The notes below the pieces were generated by a model. The model worked only from the letters and a program-made list of their open reading frames with translations, had not been told where the DNA came from and did no database searches. Below, piece after piece: positions 38,650 to 49,600 of a stretch of DNA of 64,000 bases (position 1 is the first letter of the stretch; each line of letters begins with the position of its first letter). Both the position numbers and the translations under genes were made by a program. The DNA is taken from positions 992,001 to 1,056,000 of the forward strand of contig CAJINV010000020.1 of NCBI GenBank assembly GCA_905178155.1, given 5' to 3'. The DNA is from Amoebophrya sp. A120. Lineage: Eukaryota > Protista > Dinoflagellata.

Positions 38650-39170
38650 AACCTAGTACCCTCCACTACGTTGCTGGTGGTGCGCCCTCTCGTTTCTTGT
38701 TTCTTTTCTCTGACTCTCAACAAAGTATTCTTTTATCGCGTGGTGGTTGAGCACCAGATATAGACAACGTAGTGATAACGCAGACCTCGAGTAGACACAT
38801 GGAAGACAACATCCATGCACCATGAAGAACATCCAACGTCACAATCACGTCCTAGTGTCCGTCACGTAAATAACCGGGCCAACGAGGAGTGATTCCTGCG
38901 TAGGTATTATCTTGATTTTTGTTTGCTTGTTCTCGTGTGTCAGGTGTCGCGCAGCCGACAAAGTGAAAAAGCATGCTTTTTGGTTCTCCATTCTCGGTGT
39001 TGTCTAACTTTAGCTTTGCATCAGCCTCCCGATCTTCCTTCCATGATCTACATCGGTAGTAAAAACGAAGATCACGACGACGACCCCACCTCCTACACCG
39101 TCGAGATAGAAGGCCGCGTCTGCAGGCTTTCGCTCGCGTCCTTTGCGGTTATTGATGCCCTCCACATTCG

Positions 39171-41582
39171 TCATGTGACTAGGTCATTGGTGACCTCGTT
39201 CTCGTCTCGCCCTCGCACGAGCCTTAGGGCTTTTACCACGACTAGTTGTGTGCGGGTGCTTTTTATCGTTATGACGCTCCTTGTCCGGCTTGTTATGACC
39301 TTTAGGCTCGTCGTCCTGTTCCGTGTGCTTGTGGACGCTCTGCACGACCTTGCTGTTTGCGTTGACAAACGGCACGCCAAGTCTTCTTCGCCGAAGGCGA
39401 AATGGCATTGGTAGCCAGTCTATCAAATGCAAATATGTCTGAGTCGGGAAGATCGCAGGACATGGTTTGTTGGTTGGGTAGCGCTACAAGACTTGTCATG
39501 TGTTGGTTGGGTTGCGCCACTAGGGTAGGTCTGGAAGATCAGAAGACTTGTCATGGAGGTTTTCCATGAGCCATCAGCTCTGACATACATAACCTAGCAT
39601 GACAGAATGGCAATGGGCGGAGTCTCCATCTCTATCATGCCTCTCCTGCATGAAAAACTGACCCTCGACTTTATTTGGTAATCATGCAACACAGATTTTT
39701 GCACCATCCAGAGGTAGCGTGACAAGTTGCAGTGTTCCAGACCCAGACATATTTGCAATGCAAACTGTCACTTTGCCCTCGTCGTCCTGCAGGGGCACTG
39801 TAAGGCAGCACTGGGAGGAATACAGGGGCAACTCGATGTGCCTGTGATTGACTTGATGCTCACGCAGCTGCTGCACTGCACTGGCAGAGTCCTGGTTGTG
39901 GTCTTTCTTGTGGTTGGGGTGGATGTGCCTGCCCATGCCGCATAGTTCACAAGTTTTCGGATGCGGATGGTGGGACAACGTCTTTTGGACGTGGATGACG
40001 AGCGTGCAACTGAATTTAGAAAATTCAAACTTGTGTGAACCGTGGGGGTACTATCGACAAAAAAAGACCCATCCCCATCCAATTTGTGACGAGTCAAAAC
40101 ATGCGCGCAGCCAAGTGTTTGTCATGCAAAAAAATGGATGGGGGCGGGTTCTTGCTTCTGTGGATATATGGGTCTCTGCGGAGGTTTGATGAATATCCTT
40201 CCCGGGTTTATCGATGAATAAATGATTCGGCCCGGTGCCTGCTTGGATCGTCACTTTCTCGTTGCCGATTTCTTCGAAGAAGTGGTTGTGGTGGTTCATT
40301 TGTACGTCTTTGTTATTTGTAGTTGCAGACGTGACGAAATAAGGAATACTGTCCTTCTCGCTGAAGATGTCCATGTCGAACGATGATGTTTTCTCGTCAT
40401 AATGGAAAGAACTATCCCGTTTCTGATGCCGCGCAACATGTTCTTGTGCAAACCTGAGAAGGTCATTTGCGTGATTTTCCATTGCTGCCGCCCACGTTTC
40501 TGCCATTGTTGCAGCTGGTTTAGCTGCGACGTCGTGTCCTAGAGAGTGGTGCGCCGCGTTTTTTCCAGCACTACTTTGGGCACCGGCAGAAGAAATCCTG
40601 ATGTGATGCCTACATGTGCATTTCCACGCGTCGTTTAGCGTCATTTTCCGTGTCGTATGAGGACGACCGCGGCAGCGGAGTCTATCCTTCTGATTGACAC
40701 TGTCATATTGGCGCACTGGGAATGGTTTCAAATGAACTTTCCCCGGAAAGGGATTGCTCTCCGTGAAGCTGATGCTCGTCATCAATTGTGTAGCATGTAG
40801 TGTCATCACATTTGCATCCTGCGCGTTGTGTATTTTCCCGTCGCCACGACCTTCTTTATCGTCAATAGGTGTCTTTTTCAAATCTAGCGGCTGCACGTGG
40901 TACTGCAGTTCGTGTGGATGAAGGGTGCTGTACTCTGTTTTTTGCTTGAACACCTGATCCCGTTTGGAGTTCCAAGTCGAGCAGTCACAAGAGCAGGCAA
41001 CTTCCCCGGTCGTGGTGTCGCCACTTGAGGTAGAAGTTGGCAGCAACCCCGATTCGCACTCGCCCTTCTCAAGCATCGTGGCCGCATCTTCTGCCGCATC
41101 GAATGCAAATATGTGATCTTGGTTTGGAACATGATCGGGAGAGTTGTGTATGCAAATCGGACCCACGAAGATGCCCGTGATCCTCCACGCTCTAGCATCA
41201 CAGCTTTTATTGCGATGAAGGGTCGTTCCTCATCCAAATCCTGCATGTGAGTAAATACCCCCTTCAACCGGTCGAAACTAACATTCTGAGCGGCTGGTGT
41301 TGCTCATGCAATGCAGGTTTTGGAGTTCTTATGATTGACAGTTAGCATCACAAGTCCCATTCTTTTCAGAGGACCCAGACACAGTATTTGCAATGCATAT
41401 GCCGCTGCCGCCGCGTCCTCCCGCAGCTCGGCATCGTTCATCCCCTCGTCCACATCTAGTTCTGCGGCAGCTGGTGGTTCAGACATGATGTCCACAGCTG
41501 CGTCCTCCTCCTCCTCCGCACCAACAGCATCCGAGCTCGACAACTCCTCGGCGCCGCCGGCGCTTTCGCTTTGCTCGTTCAT
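39171..41582 (-). CDS. Hypothetical protein with 3 degenerate introners
   Basis: ORF segments 41304-41582, 40051-41166, 39682-39978 and 39171-39380 join in frame when each element plus 5 nt is removed. No recognisable domain. May extend 5' into ORF 41584-42375. Confidence 0.5.
39421..39764. mobile_element. Introner family A (enlarged)
   Basis: TSD CAGTC/CTGTC; right end reads AAA instead of ATA. Confidence 0.82.
40052..40166. mobile_element. Introner family C, TSD unrecognisable
   Basis: Family C TIRs; flanks GGTAC/TATGG. Confidence 0.8.
41097..41399. mobile_element. Introner family A-like, divergent (CAT start)
   Basis: TSD TGCCG/TGCCG; frame restored. Confidence 0.82.
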
Positions 41583-41583
41583 G

Positions 41584-42375
41584 TTAGTTCTTGTTGGCCA
41601 TCTGCGCTTCCGCGGTACTACTTGTAGCGGGGATCGTCATGATCCGGGGTCGTTGATTGGCTGTCGACGTCGCAGCACCATCGTCCGGCGCTTTAGTGTT
41701 CAACATGCTCACCACCGCTTGGTCAATGCCGGAGGTGTCGGTGCTGCTGTCTGGGGTCGGATTCGACGCTGCGTCCTCGATATCGATTTGGCCTTCTGCA
41801 TCATGTTTTTGCGGGGTGCTTGTTCCACTTGTGCTCGTGGTCCCCGCATCATCCGCACCAGCCGGATTGGGATTGTTTTTGTCTCCGGTGATGTACAGCA
41901 TAGTAGTGCTCCCCGTTGCTGGGTCCGAAGCCGAATCCTCGTCCGGCTGCTCATCCGTCGTGGCATCCTCGGTCTGTACCTCTGCATCAGCAGGGACGTG
42001 AGTCGCGCTCCAACCGCCGCCCTCTCCCCCTACTTCTCTCCCCAGGCTCATTTCGGCGCCGCGTGCTCCGCGCCCCATTTCCTCTGCTAGCGCAGATGAT
42101 GACGAGGTAGAGGTAGTTGTACCCCCCGCCAAGAAATGCAACGACAGCCACAGTGTGGTCCTAGCCGCTGAAATGAACATAGCCACCACAGTGGCCGCTG
42201 CAACACTGTTTGCACGAGCGCGCTGTCGCCTGCCTCGCGGTCCACCTCCATCATCTTTTAATAGCGATGATAGAAGCTGCAATATGGCTAGAGCTCCACG
42301 TCGCTGGCTACCCGTTCGGGTTTTCTCGAAGGCGATGAAGCGAGTGCAACTACAACCAGATTCTTGCTCGTGCAA
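41584..42375 (-). CDS. Acidic low-complexity ORF; separate gene or frameshifted 5' part of the adjacent gene
   Basis: 263-codon ORF with a D/E/T/A-rich composition similar to the next ORF. Its stop lies 1 nt before the next ATG. Confidence 0.3.
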   Translation of the reverse strand: MHEQESGCSCTRFIAFEKTRTGSQRRGALAILQLLSSLLKDDGGGPRGRRQRARANSVAAATVVAMFISAARTTLWLSLHFLAGGTTTSTSSSSALAEEMGRGARGAEMSLGREVGGEGGGWSATHVPADAEVQTEDATTDEQPDEDSASDPATGSTTMLYITGDKNNPNPAGADDAGTTSTSGTSTPQKHDAEGQIDIEDAASNPTPDSSTDTSGIDQAVVSMLNTKAPDDGAATSTANQRPRIMTIPATSSTAEAQMANKN

Positions 42376-43655
42376 ATTACCAGAGTAAACATCAAGGACT
42401 ACATCTCACGTATTGGGCTAAAACTACCCTCGTTGGTCACTACATTGCTGCGGTGTCGTGTCTTCTCCTTTTTCGTTTCTTTTCTCTCTCAAACTAAGGT
42501 GGTGTGCTCATCATGTAGCAGAGGCTGCCCGGGACGAGAAAACACAGTGTACATCCAACATGGAGGACGATGATCAAAAGTCGGTCAGAAACACAATCAC
42601 ACCCACCTAACGCAAGCGAGGCTGGCAAGCGCAAAAAGTGACTTGTGCGTATTTTATTTTTTCCGTTTGCTTCTCGTGTGGAGCCGACAGACAGAGTGAA
42701 ACATGTATTGCTTGTAGCTCAGTTATTTCGGTTCTCGTTCGAACTTAAGCTCTACCCCCGATCTTACATCTACTGCATCAGTTTTTCTACTATTGCTAAA
42801 ATTGTTTTTCATTCATCAATTTCAATTTGATAAAAGGGATGTGCACTACAATCAAGAAGCATCGAGCGGTCCAGCTCGGAGCTCCGAAGAAGTTCCAGAG
42901 ATGACTCGGTCTGCTTTTGCGAAGAGCGCATTTCATGATTGTCCCGAGGTAATAACAAGCCCGAAAGTCGTACTAGTAGAGTCAACAGACAAGAAGTGGT
43001 CCCTGCTGGACTACTAATCCGCAAACTCGCGCTTGTTTGAAGAAAAATTTTACAAGGTGTCGAGACCATGACCAGCATATCAGACCGGAAAAAAAATCTT
43101 CATCTTCCAGTTCGATTCATCAAAAACTAAGAGTCCTACTTTGTCTTTTATTGGTGAACAAATTATACAACAGGTTTAGCCGTACTGTTTTTACCTGGAG
43201 GCTCACAAATAAAGAACTTTAATACGTTTCTACACGAAGAACTTGAACTGCAGCCCACATAATTGTTCAATCTTAAAACCACTACCATTCATTTCCGAAG
43301 CTCTACGACCAGCACCTGCACCAGCAGGCCGGAATGTAAGTTTATTTTCCTCAATTATTTCATTTATCGGTGAAAAAGGTATTAAATCAAGAAGTGATGC
43401 AAACGGATTCATTTTTGTGTGTTAATGTCGTCATCGACGTGCTTGACTTCTCGTGTCATTGGATTCATTATCTAGAACAAAATAGAAGTGAAAAAAAAAG
43501 TATAAAAAATATTGACCCCCCGCGGCCTTATCCTTGCCATCATCGCTGAAAGTTGAAATCGCGTTCCTCTCGATCTCGTTCCTCTCCTCGCGTGCACCTT
43601 CTTGTTCAATCTTCCACAGGAGAAAGATCTTCAGGTCCCGAATTTTTCAGCCTCG

Positions 43656-46600
43656 TCAAACAGCGAAGTCCACTCGTGTTGGTGGTCCCCCAGTATGCAT
43701 TGCAAAAGTATCTTCGCACTCGTAGTAATCGCAGACATGCATACTTACAAATCCTGCTATTTTCTTCATTGCAAATTGAAATTTTATTTTTCATAATCAT
43801 GCTAAGGAAAAAATTTGTGATGCGCATGCGGTTTCATACTAGGACAATACTTTTGCAATGCATACCCAGTCGCGTGGTACAACTCGTCACCGAGCTCGGT
43901 TTCTCGGATGCGGTCTGTATCTGCCTGCACCTGCGCTCTATCCCCCGCGAGTAGCAAAACGCCGGGACAACTGCGCAGCGACATCGTCTTCTTGGTGGAT
44001 CCAAGCAACGCGGGAAACTGCAGAAAGTTGTCGTCAAGGCCGCTTTTTTCATCCTCGTGTTCGCGTTCGCAGCTGATGTTGTTCTCAACACGTTCTTTCT
44101 CTTTATTTCCCTCGCTATAATTGCTCATCAGTTCTAGTTGCTCGCTGCAGTGCAGAATCATCCGCAGGGGGTGTATCGCTGCTGGCACGGGGAGGTGCCC
44201 CAAAGCGCGCCGCAGGCCGCAGAAAGTCTTCAACTTGCACAAGCGCTCGAGACCTTTACCGCGAAACTTGCCATCCACGTTCGCGAGCAGAAACACGGCG
44301 CGGACCGTCATGGAAGGGTCGATTACCTGATTTTTGCATGGATTGCAGTGGACACAGACACACAATTGCTTTGTTTATTTGGTCTAGGCCGCATTCGGGT
44401 TCTACTTGTGGTCTAGGCATACGCTACTTACGACCACCAGCACTTGTGCTTACGACACCAGTCAGAAACAAGGTGGACAAACGCTGTAAACAATTAGGAG
44501 CAGCTCAAAATAAACGTACATCATGCGGAGGTATCAGTATGATTGTACCTTCAGAGGCTCCTGATTGAGTTTTGCGAATGCGAGGAAGTCGCTCGGACAC
44601 GCGGTTGCAAGTGCTAAGAGTGAAAACTGATTCACCCCGTATTGTCGCAGGAAGTTTTTTCCCAGCGATGTTGACCTATTGGTCTTTTGTCCTTTAGGAG
44701 TCGTCGCGGCCGGCCCGTTTGGGACGAGGTGAAATTTGAAAAAACTCTGCGCCCTCGGGAAATCGCCCGCGAGCCGCGCGTTTAGCTCGATGAGACGGAC
44801 CTGCTTCGTGTTCTGGCATCGGATCAACTCCAAATGGCTGGCGCCGAACACCAGCCCGCAGCGGTCCAGGGCCTCGCGGCAGAAATTCAGGACGTCCAGC
44901 GGGAGTTCGGCGCACAACTCTTGCTCGTCGTACAGTGGTCGTTTCGTTTCTTCGTCCACTTTCTTCACGGTGGATACCCACGCGTCGCTCACCACATGCA
45001 CGCCCTCGCACTATTGAGAGGAAAAACCCCCCCTCCCCATATCGAAAAGGTATCTTTGCAAAAATTTGTGTTGCGGATTTGAGGTCACAAATCACATCTG
45101 TCTTGCAAGAAGGCAAACCCAAAGAATCCGCCGCTTTAGGGAGGCGATTGGTAATGCTGTTTCACCTACATGGCAGGCCTCTCTTATGCCAAGAGCCTGC
45201 AACAAAACACCCCTACGCAGCCTGAGGCTTTGCCTGTAGTGCCTCGCTGCAAGACAGGGCTGATTTGTGTACACAAATCCAGCAGCAGAAGTTTCCGTTT
45301 CAATATGGGGAGGGGGGATTTTTCATTTTGATACGCACGAAACCAGGTTTACCACGTACTCATCGCCGACAAGAAGTGGTTCGATGATCACTAAGCGAGG
45401 CACATTGTACGCATATCTGTTGAGAAGTTGTGTGCGTGAATTTGTACTAAGTATAAGTAATTCTAATTGCTCATATTCGGCGACTTGTTTTCTTCAATGC
45501 GGGAGGTGATAGATAAGTAGTGAGCTCACGACGACAACCAAGAACAACTTCAACTAGTAAGTACAACATAGACAGAGATTGAAAGACGGTGGAAATGGAG
45601 AAACGCCACGAAGAACGCATCACATCGACATCTCAGTCTGACATAAGGAGCAGCATGACAAAGATGAACTTCAAGAATACCGCATCCGCGTGGCGTACTC
45701 GTCTTCGTCTAGGTCTGCAGTATCACTGTGTGCCACCTGTCCGCCATGATGTTGCACCATCCCTCCTCCTTCTACTACTTCCGCGCCCCCGAGTGCAAAC
45801 GGTTCCGCGGGCAACTTCTGCACGTCCCATACGTTCGCGGGGCCGAGCGTGGTGCGGATGCAGTCCGCGAGCTCGGACTCGGACTGCACGACGACAACCC
45901 CGCAGGAGGAATCGGAGTAGGGGATCTTGAGAACCACGGGGTAGCTCTGAATGCTGGCCTTGATCGTGTCCTCGTGTAGAGGCACCATCTGGAAGTCCGC
46001 TGTGCCGGTCTGGCTGCGCCGGCAATAACCTGAATAATTCTACGTATCAGCGGCGGACGATGGATCCGGACGATCCTTGACGAAATTGTTATTTCAACTC
46101 GTTTATTCGACTTTTATCTAAAAAATAAAAATGAAACCGCGAAGAAGTGCATATTTCAATTTTGCTATCCTGAAAGCCGAAAAACAAAATTCGGATTCCA
46201 CTTCCAGAAGACAAGAATACAAGCGAAAATAAGTAAACGTACGTTCAAAATCCCCGTGTTCGCAGCGTAGCCTTTGGAGGAATTTATGCTGGCGGTAGGA
46301 GGTCGTGCCTGGGTCGTTCCGGACACACCTGTCGTGATTAAAATCCGGCCTCGCGGCGTGCATATCCTGCAGGTAGAGAAGTTCGTCGTATCCTGAGTGA
46401 AAACGTCCCCGCCCCAGAATCAATCAAGTTTGGAAGTCTGCAACACAAATCCAGAAGTTTTGGCAGTCACGCATGAGAAGTTTTCCGCTGTATCGTAGCG
46501 CAGGTTAGCAAGCAAAACCGCATCAAAAAGCCGCCTCCTTATCCTGTTTACAGCATCACAAATACCAAAACACGATCGAAGACGCCTCCCATGGGGATGC

Positions 46601-49600
46601 GCATCACAACTGTTCCTGTCATTGCAAAACTGCAAGACAAGTGTGGGGCGGGGACGTGCTTACTCACAATACGTCGTCTCCCGTCGTCACGGCCAGAACG
46701 TCGAATTCCGGGTCTTTCGGCAAGTTTTGCGAGACGAAGGCCGCGCTCATTGTCGTCGACCCATCCTCCACCGGGGCGGTGAAAAGCAGGTTGCAGTCCA
46801 ATTGGTTCAGGTAGTAGGCCAACAGAAACCGGGAGGCGCTGGCCCCGTCGCCGCCGAGCCACAACATCGACCGCCGGCTCTTCACTACGCGGGGCGGCGG
46901 CAGGCCGCAAATCTCGGATAGTGTGCACGAAATGTGGAGGAGCGTGGGGAGCTCCTTGCTGGACGATGAAGTCGTCGACGTGTTCCTGTCGAGCAGAGAA
47001 AGAACAGGTGGAGACGCTATTTTTGCAGGTGCAGGTCTATTTATTTGCTGGCGTTCATCCTGAACTGCGACTGGGGTATTATTATTAAAGTTCGCTTCAC
47101 CCGCTTCGAGGCGACAATCTGTATCGCTTTCGGGCCCTGGCTCCGGCTCCTCTTCCTCGCGAAAGGCGGTCCGGTCGCTGGACGTTATGATTTCGAGCCG
47201 AATTTTGATGGAGTGCGAAAGCTTTCGTGTACACGGGTTCTGCACGCGGGGGGCGTGGGCTCTCTGTAGTCTCTGGGGCAGAAATCGATGCTCACCTTTC
47301 TGGAAGATTTCTGCTCTTGGGATCTTGATCTTCTCGAGCAATTGCTGCGGTTTGTCAGCAACAAACGGCTCCTCGGAGACCACGTCGCCGGACTCCTGGA
47401 TACTACGACTATCGTGCATCGGGCCGCTCTTGGTCTTGCTAAATCTGTCTTGCTCGGCAACCAAACGGAGGCCGAAATCCTGCAGCTTGCGGTCGTTTTT
47501 ATCAGCACTTCTTCCCGCCAGGGTCTGTGTCTTGATGCTGGCTCGCGGTAGTTCTACTTCGCCGTCATTGTTTGCGTTTGATGTGTTTGAATTCTCAGCG
47601 AAGTCGCAGCTCTTATTTCCAGGTTGTGGTTGGACGCTTTGGCTTTCCATTTTCCTGCGTTTGCGCTTCGAGGCGGAAACCGTGGACGAGGGGCTGACGA
47701 CGTCAATGTTACCCGCGATGAAAACTTCGTCTGCGTTGTCACCTTGTTTCTCTTCTTCTGGTTCTTCTGTTGGCGGGTTATTTTTCATCGCTGCAACATC
47801 ATCTTCGCTAGTATGTTGATCTGCGTTCAGAAGATCCCAGCAAGCCGCTTTTGTTGCTTCCATATTTTCTTTCTCGAGAAAGAAGTAGTTCGCTAGAAAG
47901 CTCTATACATTGCAAAGGTTAGAAGTTGCATCGAACTAGTATAAATAGCATCCGCAAAACAAATAATTTCGGCAAGAGGAGACCTGGAATTTGTAATGCT
48001 GTTTCAGGTGTGGAACGAGATTTGTCATGCATGAGTGCAATAATTTATACGAGTACGCTTGGCTTCTTCTTTGCAATGCATAAGCTCCGGGGGCAAAACG
48101 TCGGATAGCCCCAGATTCCGTTCCCGTCGTGGCACAGTCCCCGCGGGCCGATTATGGCGTTCTCAACTGTTACATTCTCAGCTGTTACATGATTTGTCAT
48201 GCAAATTTACCAACAAGATCGCCTTGATAGATTAAGCTGTCTCGCATGACAAATATCCGAAGGGCTAAACAGCATGTAAATGTGTGCCAAATCTGTAATG
48301 CAAAAGGCGCAATCTTCCCCCTTTCACTTTCGCCGTTCTTGCATTCATTGCAAATTCATGTAACAGTTGAGAATGTAACGTTTGAGAACGCCATACCGAT
48401 CCCGTCGAGAGAAACGTGGCAGGTCAACGTCGCTTTGCCGCTGTATTTGAGAAAGAGGGAGACGTACTCCGGGTCGGTTCCGGACCTATGAAATGCAAAA
48501 GCATCGCATTAGTATAAATCGCATGACAAATTTTCTCAGCGCGAGAAATGAAATTTGTAATGCGGGTCTAACTTGAGAAAGAAATTTGTAATGCATGAAT
48601 GCGATTACTACGAGTACGATACTTTTGCACAGGATAGGACCCGTGCGGGTACAAAAACAGCTGTAGCTCGTAGTCCCCGACCTTAAACGGTTCGGACCGG
48701 ATCTCCTCGCCTGGTTGGAAGTAGATTTTCGAAAACAAACTCGAGTCCAAACACCAGTCCGCCACACGGCCGGTGACGGCCACCGGCGGCACCTCCGCGA
48801 GAGCTTCCACCTGAACGGTCAAAGCGCCTCCATTCCCCAGCATGTGGGAAAAGGTCGGGAAGCCCCAATTGCTGTCTCGGTCCCAGTAGTGCGCCGCGCA
48901 CCGCTGCGTGTTTCCCACCCGCATGCAGAAGGCGTGTCGGGTGCCCGAGGGCGCTTTCAGGAAGAGCGCACAGCTGGTCAGCGTTTTCAGTTTCAACTCC
49001 GCCTGTTGTTGCTCCTCTCGGGACTTCGACGAGGTCGCGGGCGTCTCCGATTTGGTCTTTCGAAGATGATTACTTGACCCTTTTGCACCCCCGCTGCTGC
49101 CCGCGGCGTGCTTCTTCGCCTTCTTTTTATTCTTGTTCAGGACCCCGATGCCGACCGCCGCCTTGCTCCGCCCCGTCGTGCCCGAACTAGTATCGAACGC
49201 GGAGGGAGTCGGAGTGGCGATCGGTTTTTTGTTTTGTTGTTCCACTGTGTCGCTGCTGCTACTGCTGCTGCTGGGTCCTGAACTAGAACTACTGGAGCTC
49301 GAGGTCGCTGTTTTGGTTGGACTACTTTTACTACCCTTAAGAGCCGTCTTGATGTTGTTATGATCCTTATCTGGGCTTCTTCTATCTTTCAGTTTTGTAT
49401 CGGGTCGTTCCTCGGTGGAATCATCTTCTGGTGGTTGGCCCGATCTAGATTTTCTGTCAGAAGAGGGACTCTTTTCATCTTCACGACCAGGACGACCCGT
49501 CATCCCGACACTGGTGCCCTCCACCTCCGCGGCTGCAGTATTTTCACGTTCGGCTTCGGGCATGTCTCCGTCAGCCCAAAGCTTTTTCATTGGACCTCCG

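Noticed and set aside
47864-47895. Apparent stop of the MATH gene 30 bp before a separate ATP-grasp gene
   Set aside because: Careful translation after excising 47904-48082 shows the TAG at 47893-47895 is out of frame, so the two parts are continuous.
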